Of a stretch of 64,000 nucleotides of DNA, positions 52,508 to 61,884 are shown one piece after another. Position numbers and translations under genes: made by a program. Positions within the stretch are counted from its first letter, which is position 1. Each line of letters opens with the position of its first letter. The stretch lies in the sequence record NC_048054.1; one strand, given 5' to 3'. The notes below the pieces were generated by a model, which saw only the letters and a list, made by a program, of their open reading frames with translations, was not told the origin of the DNA and did not search any database.

Positions 52508-53596
52508 TTATGCTCCTTGTCTCACGCTGTAGTTATTGATGATAGGCGTATACGATGCGTTGCCACCACCATAGCCACCAGCAACTTGCTGTATTGTTGC
52601 TGAGGCTGGTTTGGTAACGGCGTATGTGAACTGATCAACCTGAGTACCGTTGAAGTACACAGTATGCTTGTTGGTAGTCGCATCATACACATATTTGATA
52701 TGAACGATAGAACCTGACCACAGAGCAGAGTACGCAGAGATAGGACGAGATACTTTGGCCGTAGCAGAGCCACCGTTAGTGTTGTTCCATATACACAGGC
52801 CACGTTCGTTTGAGCGGTCGAATGCAATTGCAAAACGATCAGAAGTGCCTGTGCCTATCCTGAGAAGTGCCCACTCTGCATAATCAGCATTGCCTGACTG
52901 GTGGTAGTCACACTCAATCGTAAAGGACTTGCTTGGGTCAAACCCAGGAACCGATGGTGTGGAGATTACACCAGCAGTGCCCAGGTCAATACCTTGACCG
53001 TCAGTAGCGACTTTGGCACCAGTCGATGTGTATGCTAGGCCAACATAGTCAGTGAATGCGCCTGTGTTGAAACTACCAATATCGAAAGCAGTAGCCTCAG
53101 AGCCAGTTAGCCAAGTAGCGCTTGCTGTCTCAGTCCACATCTGCGTCAGGCTGATAGAGAACGCCAGAATGGTGATCTGGGTCTTATATCCGTTCGGGCC
53201 GTACTTGATGTTGAGGTCAGGATAAAGCAACGTAACGTCAGTGCCTACCGTCAGGCAGATAGGCAGAATGCCACCCAAGATTAAGTGGGTAGGTACACCC
53301 TCAGCCAGAGCCGTAAGCAAGCAATCAGAAATAGACAGCTTGTTACGGTCGATAGTGCGAACGCAGTTGGTGCCTTTGGCCAACACAGTACAGATACCGG
53401 TAGACGCTGCGAGTGACGCATCGAACACATAGCCTGCACCAGTCTGCGCCTGAAAGTTAAGGCACTTGTTAAGGTCTGCTTCGGTGTAGCCCGCATTTAG
53501 CTTTACCAGATAGCAGGACTTATCATCTGCCGTTGACTGAGCAAACAAGCGTGTCAACTGAGGCACAGCAGAGTTAGCAAACAGCTTATAATTCAT
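52508..53596 (-). CDS. Virion protein with C-terminal LamG/ConA-like domain
   Basis: ATG 53596; N-half GVPTHLI...LTVGTDVTL; C-half KSFTIECDY...VHIKYVYD...HTVYFNG. Confidence 0.6.
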   Translation of the reverse strand: MNYKLFANSAVPQLTRLFAQSTADDKSCYLVKLNAGYTEADLNKCLNFQAQTGAGYVFDASLAASTGICTVLAKGTNCVRTIDRNKLSISDCLLTALAEGVPTHLILGGILPICLTVGTDVTLLYPDLNIKYGPNGYKTQITILAFSISLTQMWTETASATWLTGSEATAFDIGSFNTGAFTDYVGLAYTSTGAKVATDGQGIDLGTAGVISTPSVPGFDPSKSFTIECDYHQSGNADYAEWALLRIGTGTSDRFAIAFDRSNERGLCIWNNTNGGSATAKVSRPISAYSALWSGSIVHIKYVYDATTNKHTVYFNGTQVDQFTYAVTKPASATIQQVAGGYGGGNASYTPIINNYSVRQGA

Positions 53597-53597
53597 G

Positions 53598-54554
53598 TTA
53601 TACCTCTGTGGACAAACGAAGCTGGGCGACAGAAGCGAACTCACCAGGACCGAGTGTCACGTTTAACAACTCGATAGGTTTGCCACTGCCAATAGCACCA
53701 ACTTCACAGGCAAAGTAAGTCGGGATGTAGTTGCCGTTAGCAAGAGCACCGTAGTTGGTGTCCTGAATAACAACCAGTGCTGTCTTAATCGTTCTGTATG
53801 CTGCGTTACGTCCAACATCGGATGCGGTAACAGGCAGAACGCGACGAGTACCTGACGTCTGGATGAAGCGATAGCGGTTCGACTGAGGCACGGCAGTAGC
53901 AATCAAGTTGCTTTCCTGATTGGCAGCAATCGACCAAGCGACAGCAGTACCGACAGCACCAGAGCCATCAATAGGAGCAATGGTACCAGCAGCGGCTGTG
54001 CTTGTATCGCCAACGTCAGACAGAACAGCGTCGATAGTAACAGCGAAGTCATACGTCAGATCAACAGACGACAGGTGAATGCCTGGCATCAGTGCGTCGT
54101 GAGGAATACCTGCATAGTCCCACGGACGATAGCCAGCAGGACCAATGCCCCACAGAGCTTTGTTGCCAGCATCGTTGCTGGTGTTGTACGCACTTTGAAT
54201 CTGAGAAGATCCAGCACCGTTGTAACCCACAGGACGCGCTTTAGATGGATAGTGAATGGTTGCACCGTTCTTGATTTCGTACACATGACCAGAACGAGCT
54301 TTCCATCCTTCCTGTTGGTCCATAAGAGGTAACAGGCCTTCTGTGGTCGGGCGCAGTGTGAGTCGAGTAGCAGCGACAGCGTTATCAAACAGGTTACGCA
54401 TGTCCAGAAGATGCTGCGAGAAGTTACCCTGATCTGCCATCTCAGTGTCGAAGAAGAACACGTTAACGGTCTGGCCGTTAGCTGCATTCGACGCCCAACC
54501 AGAACCTAAGTTAAGCACACTGAAAGGCAAAAGGTTATGTCCTAAGATACGCAT
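53598..54554 (-). CDS. Virion/fibre paralog, long type
   Basis: LTYDFAVTIDAV...QSNRYRF...CEVGAIGSGKPIEL. Confidence 0.55.
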   Translation of the reverse strand: MRILGHNLLPFSVLNLGSGWASNAANGQTVNVFFFDTEMADQGNFSQHLLDMRNLFDNAVAATRLTLRPTTEGLLPLMDQQEGWKARSGHVYEIKNGATIHYPSKARPVGYNGAGSSQIQSAYNTSNDAGNKALWGIGPAGYRPWDYAGIPHDALMPGIHLSSVDLTYDFAVTIDAVLSDVGDTSTAAAGTIAPIDGSGAVGTAVAWSIAANQESNLIATAVPQSNRYRFIQTSGTRRVLPVTASDVGRNAAYRTIKTALVVIQDTNYGALANGNYIPTYFACEVGAIGSGKPIELLNVTLGPGEFASVAQLRLSTEV

Positions 54555-55051
54555 TAGAACTCCTTAGAGTCTTTAACAACGGTCGCAAGGAACTTACCGT
54601 TGCGTAGGTTGGATGCAGACAGAATCAGGTCAGCACCAGAGCCAGCAGCACCGATAGTCAGAATCAGGAAGCCACCGTAAGGCGTGCTTGCAATATCTTT
54701 GTTGAAGACAATCACGTTGTACGCGCTCAACAAGTCTGTGATAGTGCCCGCGAATGTACCCTGCAGCGTAGCGCTCAGGCGGAACTTATATTTGTTGTCT
54801 TGACCATGAATCCAGCGCACAGGGTTAACGGTAACAGAAGTCAGGTCGAGCACCGCAGTAGCACCAATAGCAGTTTGCACTGTAGTGCCGTCGGCAACAA
54901 CAATGTTTGCAGGGTCTGGTACTTTAGCTAGGCAGATTGTTTTCTGCATGTTTGATAGGCCATACTTCAACGGCGGATCAGTTACAGGGCGTTTGCCTGC
55001 ATCTGGAATCACAATGCCGTTGGCGACCAAAGGGAATGAAACTATTTCCAT
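54554..55051 (-). CDS. Virion/fibre paralog, short type
   Basis: LTIGAAGSGADLIL. Confidence 0.55.
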   Translation of the reverse strand: MEIVSFPLVANGIVIPDAGKRPVTDPPLKYGLSNMQKTICLAKVPDPANIVVADGTTVQTAIGATAVLDLTSVTVNPVRWIHGQDNKYKFRLSATLQGTFAGTITDLLSAYNVIVFNKDIASTPYGGFLILTIGAAGSGADLILSASNLRNGKFLATVVKDSKEF

Positions 55052-55076
55052 TGTATGTCTCCAGTTAACTCGCTAT

Positions 55077-55082
55077 AAATTA
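55077..55082 (-). promoter_or_regulatory. TAATTT candidate promoter
   Basis: 26 nt upstream of ATG 55051. Confidence 0.35.
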
Positions 55083-55118
55083 CTGAGTACGTAGGTTTCA
55101 TTTGGGCTACGCCGTGTC

Positions 55119-56042
55119 TCACAGCGCCCAACGATCTTTATCGTGCAACTGTATCTGGTTTATTGTCCCTTGAATGGAGGCACGCGGTGCACCTGCAGGA
55201 AATGAGAAGTCTTCATCAGCTTTTATATGGATGACAACCAGCCTGTCTGGAAACGATACGCCGATAATACCCTTTGCAAGACTAATACTGGACTCGCCAG
55301 TTAGAGATGCACTTGCCGTTGGAACAAGAGGTGTGCCAGTGCTTCTGACAGGAGTGTTCCATCGGCCAGACCCATACAACTCTTTTGCCCACTCAAGTAG
55401 AACACTTGTGTTTTGAGCAAAGGACATGTCCATAAACTTGGTGACGGAGTATTCTGTCGAATCGTGCTGCGCTACCTGTTTTACCTCAGACACGCTCTGC
55501 TGGTTGGCTGCATATCTGTATCTTAGGTTGTACATTACGCCGCTAGAAGAACCGCCAAACACACGATATACACCAGCACTGAATCCAGATATATAATAAG
55601 ATGATACAGGCACAGGGTTTCCGCCAACCTGTGTTGGACAAAAGGAAGCTACGCCAGGTGTGTACGATTTGCTGCTGCTAGAAAACGTAAATGGGCTTTC
55701 GTCTGTGTCCGAAACATGATGCTGTTCGTTTCTTCCATTGCACCTGCCATTAACATTAAAACCCACAGATGTGGGAAATAGTGTTGTGGCAAATGCCTGA
55801 TATGAAGATATGTCAGGCTGTACGCCTAGGTTGGTTATGCGAGTAAGAGTTATACCTCCATTCAATGCTCCCATTAGAGGGTTGAGCGTTGCATTGTTGC
55901 CCTGTATTGTGTCAACTGTCGCGCGAGCGTTCCGCAGCAATGACAACATCTGGTCTGGACTTGTGATTGTCGTGTCTATTTGATCATCGAACAACCACGA
56001 ATATAGAGCCAGATTCTTTGTTAAGGGAAGAACCAATTGCAT
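55119..56042 (-). CDS. Putative virion protein, paralog triplet member
   Basis: MQLVLP...FDD...LLRNAR...GN..TLNPLMG shared N-terminus. Confidence 0.55.
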   Translation of the reverse strand: MQLVLPLTKNLALYSWLFDDQIDTTITSPDQMLSLLRNARATVDTIQGNNATLNPLMGALNGGITLTRITNLGVQPDISSYQAFATTLFPTSVGFNVNGRCNGRNEQHHVSDTDESPFTFSSSSKSYTPGVASFCPTQVGGNPVPVSSYYISGFSAGVYRVFGGSSSGVMYNLRYRYAANQQSVSEVKQVAQHDSTEYSVTKFMDMSFAQNTSVLLEWAKELYGSGRWNTPVRSTGTPLVPTASASLTGESSISLAKGIIGVSFPDRLVVIHIKADEDFSFPAGAPRASIQGTINQIQLHDKDRWAL

Positions 56043-56051
56043 GTTAGTGCC

Positions 56052-57002
56052 TCACAATCGTATTGGGTCTGTCGAGTACATCTCAGGCTGCGGCTGGATA
56101 TTGAATGAAGTTGTGTTGCCTACACCCAATGTCTTAACGCCAAAATCTTCTTCGGTGTAAAGCACTGCGCGAATGCGCGTACCTTCCCAAATGAACAGCG
56201 CGAACTTATCTATGGTCTGCGGTGGCTCTGCATAACCACTGTTTCCGTATTGGTTTGAGCAGCATACATACCTTCCTGAATCATACAAGTTTCGACGCAC
56301 TGGCGTTGTTGCTCGCCAGTAGCCGCCGTCAGAGAATGCCTCCAAATAGGCTCCCATACTAAACGCCATCAAATCAGTCTGGTCCGTTGCCCAAGAGGAG
56401 TAGTTTGTGCCCGTGAAGGTGTATGACCATGAGTGTGCAGACTTAGTGACCGTAGTTGCACTCGTTGACGTAAACAGTCTACGCCTGTGCATATAAGCAT
56501 CACCCGTCTGTCTACTGGCAGATGATACAGTGACTTGCGTATCAGGGAATGAAGCCAGGAATGCTGTAGGTAGCGTTGTTCCTTGAAGTGACTTCGGTAC
56601 TAATGCGAAAGGCGTATATGCAAAGTTCGTTGTATTTCCCGTGAATGGTGTGTTCGAGTTGTAGTTATCAACAAAAGCCATCTGGCTGGATTTACGTCCG
56701 TAGCCGTCCTTAAGACCTGTAACCAATAATGTTCGAATGACTCCATCATCCGATGTGAAGTCAGGCGGCTCGGCAACCATGGTTAACTTCGAGTAATAGA
56801 GTCGTGCTTGTGTGTTGTACGCAGCGACACCCATCATTGGCTGACAGGTTATCGTGTTTCCAGAGATACTTGCAACGGAGCTTCTGCTATTACGAATTAA
56901 ATCACGTAGCTCGGATATGCTTTTGAATTGTATCTGCTGGTTCGAGTCGAAGAAGAATCCGTATTTACGAACATCATCCTGCTTCGGCAGAACAAGCAAC
57001 AT
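56052..57002 (-). CDS. Putative virion protein, paralog triplet member
   Basis: MLLVLP...FDS...LIRNSR...GNTITCQPMMG. Confidence 0.55.
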   Translation of the reverse strand: MLLVLPKQDDVRKYGFFFDSNQQIQFKSISELRDLIRNSRSSVASISGNTITCQPMMGVAAYNTQARLYYSKLTMVAEPPDFTSDDGVIRTLLVTGLKDGYGRKSSQMAFVDNYNSNTPFTGNTTNFAYTPFALVPKSLQGTTLPTAFLASFPDTQVTVSSASRQTGDAYMHRRRLFTSTSATTVTKSAHSWSYTFTGTNYSSWATDQTDLMAFSMGAYLEAFSDGGYWRATTPVRRNLYDSGRYVCCSNQYGNSGYAEPPQTIDKFALFIWEGTRIRAVLYTEEDFGVKTLGVGNTTSFNIQPQPEMYSTDPIRL

Positions 57003-57011
57003 ATTGTGTCC

Positions 57012-58055
57012 TTACACTTTGAACAGTGTCTTTGTCCCAAACGGGTTCTCAAATTCGATGTTCAATACAGCAACATCACCAGTGGCCGCGGGTGCGGTCT
57101 GTATAATGTCCTGGCCAATTTTGGCACGAAGCATATACCCTTGACCATTGCACTTAAACATCATCATGCAAGAAGTCAGAAGCACGTCAGGCGTATTGTC
57201 TTTTCCAGTGACAGCCGTACGCATAGGGAAAGCTGCACTGTCACGCACATAACCACCGACGCCATTCGAAACAGTAGGTGCATCCCAAGCAGTAAACTGA
57301 TTAAGTCCACTACAGCTGTAGCGTTTACCAACAGGCCTAATGAATGTGATATGAGGATTAGAAGCAGGGCCACTGAGGACAGAAGGGATGCCTTGCATCG
57401 GCGAAGAGGTAGTCTGAATGTAGGAGTAAGACTGCGCTCCTGATTCTGCCCGCGTATTCAGATTAAGAGAAGCATTCATAAATCCTGCATCATAACCACT
57501 ATACGTTCCCCAGAAACTATCAACGTACCTAGAATACTGACTGCCGGTCTTAGAACTGTATGATTCAATTATGGATGATTCACGCATGTTCTCAGGAAAG
57601 ACGAGCATACAGGATGAGGGCCAATAGTAACCAGTCTCACCCGTATCTCTACTGACGCCGTTCCAGCCATTGAACACAGGATTGCCGTTAGCCCACTGCT
57701 GGCCATTTCCTGCGGCAGTGTCGTACACACAGAAGTAGCGTTCGGCCACAGCCTTATAGGTTTGCACTGCCGTGTAGCTATTGTGAGGAGCAGAGTTGCC
57801 TGAGATTAGGTTAGCACTACGCGCTGGGTAGAAGTAGTTGTCCTTAACACCGCTCATAGGGCTTAAGGTAACTTGGTCACCTTGTGTGTCAGAGCTATTT
57901 CCCCAAGCACGGACAGAAGCAATCTTAGATATGTAATGCTCCTCGTCAACGTGTGCGTCTGATATATCTGTCTGATCATCAAAGTAAAGACCTCGATGTA
58001 CAGCAAGCTTGGCAATCGCATTCGCCTTATTGTTATGGTACGTGGCATACAACAT
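57012..58055 (-). CDS. Putative virion protein, paralog triplet member
   Basis: YFDDQ...GDQVTLSPMSG. Confidence 0.55.
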   Translation of the reverse strand: MLYATYHNNKANAIAKLAVHRGLYFDDQTDISDAHVDEEHYISKIASVRAWGNSSDTQGDQVTLSPMSGVKDNYFYPARSANLISGNSAPHNSYTAVQTYKAVAERYFCVYDTAAGNGQQWANGNPVFNGWNGVSRDTGETGYYWPSSCMLVFPENMRESSIIESYSSKTGSQYSRYVDSFWGTYSGYDAGFMNASLNLNTRAESGAQSYSYIQTTSSPMQGIPSVLSGPASNPHITFIRPVGKRYSCSGLNQFTAWDAPTVSNGVGGYVRDSAAFPMRTAVTGKDNTPDVLLTSCMMMFKCNGQGYMLRAKIGQDIIQTAPAATGDVAVLNIEFENPFGTKTLFKV

Positions 58056-58064
58056 AAAAACTCC

Positions 58065-58700
58065 TTAATCTAATTCGAATGCGCTCGCAGGAGGTACGAA
58101 TGTGGTGTCGTAGCGAGAGAAGTTACTCACACGAATCTGATCCCAATAACTATTCGAGGAACCTTCGTACCCACCAACACGCAGGGGTACAGCAGACATG
58201 CCGAATCCCGGAGCGGTGTCAGTAGTAGTCATTTTAGCAACACCATCAATCCAGATAGTGTATACGTTGCCTTTGCGCGTCAACGCTAGGTGATACCAAC
58301 GGCCAACAGGAATGATCGCAGCAGCAGAAGCCATAGCGTATTGTGTGCGCGTCTGTAGATATACGTTGCCTTGATATGTCTTAAAGCAACTAGACACGCC
58401 ATCACCTTTACTCAACCACCACTGATTGCCTGTGATACTAATCGTATACACCCAGCCTTCAATAGTGAAGTCACCGCTCTCGAATGGCAAATCTGTGGTG
58501 CCGAAGTCAACATAACCGTTGTTCATCAGAAAGGATTTATCGCCAAACTTGGATTGTGCTGTGCTCACGACTGGACTTGTCCACAGTGTCAGCTTTCTTC
58601 CAGGAACGGCGAGATCATTGAATCCGTCTGTAGCTCTCAAGAGCACACGCGTCTTGTCGCCAACATCGAAGTCATACGTCAACGCTTGGACGTAAGTCAT
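58065..58700 (-). CDS. LamG/concanavalin A-like domain virion protein
   Basis: SKFG, DFTIEGWVY, WYHLALTRKG...IWIDG, DQIRVS...RY..FVPP. Confidence 0.8.
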   Translation of the reverse strand: MTYVQALTYDFDVGDKTRVLLRATDGFNDLAVPGRKLTLWTSPVVSTAQSKFGDKSFLMNNGYVDFGTTDLPFESGDFTIEGWVYTISITGNQWWLSKGDGVSSCFKTYQGNVYLQTRTQYAMASAAAIIPVGRWYHLALTRKGNVYTIWIDGVAKMTTTDTAPGFGMSAVPLRVGGYEGSSNSYWDQIRVSNFSRYDTTFVPPASAFELD

Positions 58701-58723
58701 GGTGAAAATCTCCGATAGAAGGT

Positions 58724-58753
58724 AAAAAGGCCCGTACCATTACGATACAGGCC
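58724..58753 (-). terminator. Rho-independent terminator
   Basis: Minus strand GGCCTGTATC-GTAAT-GGTACGGGCC-TTTTT. Confidence 0.7.
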
Positions 58754-58760
58754 ATATGTG

Positions 58761-59342
58761 TTACACTAGCAGACGGCCTGCGATGGTGATTGCCACGCCG
58801 TTCAGTGTTGTATCAGCAGTATCTGGTGCGACAACGCGGAGCTGGTCACCAGCAACCAGAATGATCTCTGTGTCGAGATATGCAGATAACGGTGCGAATA
58901 CGCCAGTCTTAGAACCAGCACCGAACGTGATGGTACCAAGCTGAATAACAGCCTGAGTAACTGTGTCGTATGCGCTTACTTTGAACACCGCTTGGGCGGT
59001 AGCAGCAACATCAGCATTTGCCATAGAGCCAGCGAAATTTTTGATGATTGCCGTGGTACGTACTGACAGGTAACGCGCAATCTCTTGACCACCAGCGTAG
59101 CGCTTGAGAATACTCAGGCCTACATCATATGGATTTACAGACTGCAACTGGTTAACCCACTTAGCTCGAACAGTCGAGTAGACGTACAGGCCAGGTTGGT
59201 TAGCGCCAACAACAGCAGTCAGGTTCCATACACGACCGTTTGTTGGGTTTGAAGGAAAGGTAGGGCCAGATGAATTCGGGTCACCTGGTGCGCGTGTAAT
59301 CTGAGCTTGTTCGCCTGCGAGTTGCAAACCAAAAGTATACAT
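58761..59342 (-). CDS. Tail-fibre-associated structural protein (putative)
   Basis: TFPSNPTNG, LGTITFGAG, LVAGDQLRVVAP...ADTTL patterns common in fibre/baseplate genes. Confidence 0.5.
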   Translation of the reverse strand: MYTFGLQLAGEQAQITRAPGDPNSSGPTFPSNPTNGRVWNLTAVVGANQPGLYVYSTVRAKWVNQLQSVNPYDVGLSILKRYAGGQEIARYLSVRTTAIIKNFAGSMANADVAATAQAVFKVSAYDTVTQAVIQLGTITFGAGSKTGVFAPLSAYLDTEIILVAGDQLRVVAPDTADTTLNGVAITIAGRLLV

Positions 59343-59353
59343 TGTTTATCTCC

Positions 59354-59575
59354 TTAGGCGATCCGCACATGTCCCGTAACTGCATACGGGAATGTTACTT
59401 TGACCGTGTTCATATCCACAACGATAACATCGAGTGGTAGCACTTGATGGAGCTTACCATCAGGCATATTCACGCAAGTTGTCACTGCGACGTAGCGGCC
59501 GAAGTTATGTGCGATCGTCCATTCGGTCGCGGGCGTCTCCTGTTCAAAGGTGCGCCCCATCGAATAGTTGATCAT
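59354..59575 (-). CDS. Small structural protein, single W.I.HN domain
   Basis: ATEWTIAHNFGRY...VTFPYAVTG. Confidence 0.55.
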   Translation of the reverse strand: MINYSMGRTFEQETPATEWTIAHNFGRYVAVTTCVNMPDGKLHQVLPLDVIVVDMNTVKVTFPYAVTGHVRIA

Positions 59576-59586
59576 GCGAATCTCCC

Positions 59587-60183
59587 TTAATACAGAATAA
59601 CAGTACCAGACTGCGCACTGTCAAACGTGATGGTGAGCTGGGTATTGCTATCATGGACGATAGACTTAGGCTGAACTTCTTTCGAGCCCTGATGGACCTG
59701 AACCGCAGGATGGTAGCCGAGGTTGTGTGTAACAACCCACACAGCTTCGTCTGTGAACGAGGCAGTGAATGCGACAGTAGGTGCAGGTAGACCGCTTTCA
59801 ATACCAGACAGCAGCACGGCAGTACCAGCAACAGGCTCAGGGAACAGCACGATTGTGGTGTTAGCGTCTTGCGCTTTGATTGAGGAAGGCATCAGCACTT
59901 CACCATTTTCATCGTAGCACTGTACGATAGGCGTTGCTGTATTCATGTTGTGGGTGATTTCCCAACGAGATGAAGCAGATGCCTGAGCATGACGGTACAT
60001 CGTCATTTGTTGAGACAATGGAACCCAAATAGGCAGGTCCAAAATCTCAACACAGAACATCAGACGCTTATCCATGAAGATTGCCATGCCCGGTTGAGGG
60101 TTATCAGGCCAATCAGTAACTTCTGCAAACTTGAAGTTCTTAATCGAGCCGAACTCTAGGTCTAAACTACCGAGGACTTTCAT
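59587..60183 (-). CDS. Structural protein with two W.I.HN domains
   Basis: RWEITHNM and VWVVTHNLG repeats. Confidence 0.6.
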   Translation of the reverse strand: MKVLGSLDLEFGSIKNFKFAEVTDWPDNPQPGMAIFMDKRLMFCVEILDLPIWVPLSQQMTMYRHAQASASSRWEITHNMNTATPIVQCYDENGEVLMPSSIKAQDANTTIVLFPEPVAGTAVLLSGIESGLPAPTVAFTASFTDEAVWVVTHNLGYHPAVQVHQGSKEVQPKSIVHDSNTQLTITFDSAQSGTVILY

Positions 60184-60201
60184 AAATCTTCTCCTGAAGG
60201 T

Positions 60202-60227
60202 AAAAAGGGCAGGCAGATGCCCACCCT
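60202..60227 (-). terminator. Rho-independent terminator
   Basis: Minus strand AGGGTGGGC-ATCT-GCCTGCCCT-TTTT. Confidence 0.7.
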
Positions 60228-60240
60228 CTTAGTATGCTAC

Positions 60241-61866
60241 TTACGCAGCTGGTTCAACGTAGGCGTTAGTACCAGTTACGAATGCGATTGCGACTTTCTT
60301 CGCAGTAGCCAGCTCAACACGCAGACTGTTTGCGTCGATGAACACAACTTCATCAGGGATGATCTGATAGCCAGTGTCGTCAACAACTGTGACAGTACCA
60401 TACTTCACACCAGCGTTGTGAGTGAAGGTGTGGGCAGTTGCGGCAGCATCACCGCCAGCAGTTTTGTCGTACTGGTACAGTTTAGCAGCAGCGCCACCAG
60501 CAGAACCTGCGATAGCGTCGTCAACGTACTTCTTGCTGACAGCAGAAGCATCGGTCAGAGCGCCAGTACCAGTCAGGTTGATGTGGTCAACGTCACCGCC
60601 GTTTGCGTCGATGAAGCCACCGGCAGTTTTAACCGCAGCAACGTCAACAGCGATTTTGCTGTTAGTGGTGTCCTGTTTCAGGCCATCACCAAGTGCAGCG
60701 GCAGCAATCTGGTCGTAACCAACGCCACCATCAGCAATTGCCAGACCATCAACAGAACGTGCCAGAGTAGCGCCGTCCAGTTTAACGCGAGTGCTGCCAG
60801 CGTTATCTTCCAGGCCGCCAGCAGAGTCCAGCTTCGCAGTTACAGCGTTAGAGGTGATCTGAATACCAGCACCAACTTTCACGTTAACAACGTTGCCAGA
60901 TTTCTCCAGACCGTCGCCTGCGTTGAACTCAGAAGCACCGCCGAACGTGGTCCACACAGTGCCGTCGAAACGACGATACTCTTTGATGGACTTAATCCAG
61001 GTAACAGCACCACCAGCTTCGCTGTCAGTTGGGTCGAACACGATAACGAACGCAGTGCCGTTATAGCGAACGATCATGTTGTCTACCAGACCAGTGATAG
61101 AACCGAAGTTCGGGTTGATCTGGTCAGCAGCCAGAATCAGGTACTGTTTACCAGCTACCAGTTCTGGGTCGAGAGTGCCGTCCTGCTGAATAGCGTCAGA
61201 GTCTTGCAGCCAGTCGATACCCGCGATAGCGTTGTCGATATCGATCTTACGAGCAGCATCGTTCGCGTTAGCTGGAGCAGCCAGGTTAGAAACGGTGTTA
61301 CCGTTCGCGTCGAGGTCGCCAGTCAGTTGGCCGTTAGCGGCGTTCAGCTTACCAGCCAGAGCAGTTTCGTTCGCGTTAGCTTTGTTGCTAACAGCGGTGA
61401 TCTGAGACTGGATGTTAGAGCTTGCGCCAGACAGATAGCCTAGCTCGGCAGCGGTTACGTTTGAGGTTTGCAGTTCGTTATCTGCACCAGCAACTACTAC
61501 ACCGTTTTCAGTCAGGCCGGTCAGCTTGTCCTGCTTGGTAGCAACAACGGTTTCAACGTGTTTCTTAGAAACAGCCGCGTTGTCGCCAGATGCAGACTGG
61601 TCTGGACCAGACAGCAGCAGGTCCGCAGTCATCGGCACAGTACCGTCAGCCAGGATAGCGCCCTCTACAGAACCGCCACCGCCCAGCTCTTTGATTGCAG
61701 TACCGTCGAAGTATTTGTACTTACCTTCGGTGCTGTTGTACCACATACGTGCAGTTTGAGCCTGGACCAGATCACCTACAACTGGATCAGCGGAAAGAAC
61801 CTCTGGACGGAAGTTCTTAATCTGAGCACTGAGCATCAGTTCAATATTACCAGTACGCATTGTCAT
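60241..61866 (-). CDS. Tail fibre-like structural protein
   Basis: 541 aa; AVSKKHVE / AARKIDID / AVSKKYVD motifs, AGDGL repeats, C-terminal HTFTHN domain. Confidence 0.65.
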   Translation of the reverse strand: MTMRTGNIELMLSAQIKNFRPEVLSADPVVGDLVQAQTARMWYNSTEGKYKYFDGTAIKELGGGGSVEGAILADGTVPMTADLLLSGPDQSASGDNAAVSKKHVETVVATKQDKLTGLTENGVVVAGADNELQTSNVTAAELGYLSGASSNIQSQITAVSNKANANETALAGKLNAANGQLTGDLDANGNTVSNLAAPANANDAARKIDIDNAIAGIDWLQDSDAIQQDGTLDPELVAGKQYLILAADQINPNFGSITGLVDNMIVRYNGTAFVIVFDPTDSEAGGAVTWIKSIKEYRRFDGTVWTTFGGASEFNAGDGLEKSGNVVNVKVGAGIQITSNAVTAKLDSAGGLEDNAGSTRVKLDGATLARSVDGLAIADGGVGYDQIAAAALGDGLKQDTTNSKIAVDVAAVKTAGGFIDANGGDVDHINLTGTGALTDASAVSKKYVDDAIAGSAGGAAAKLYQYDKTAGGDAAATAHTFTHNAGVKYGTVTVVDDTGYQIIPDEVVFIDANSLRVELATAKKVAIAFVTGTNAYVEPAA

Positions 61867-61884
61867 TCTCCTGAGTGCGTGGGA

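Noticed and set aside
45802-58700. Diversity-generating retroelement acting on fibre genes
   Set aside because: No reverse transcriptase ORF and no near-identical TR/VR pair differing at adenines seen; paralogs are highly diverged
60217-61443. 408-aa plus-strand Ser/Val-rich ORF
   Set aside because: Shadow of the biased-codon fibre gene on the minus strand
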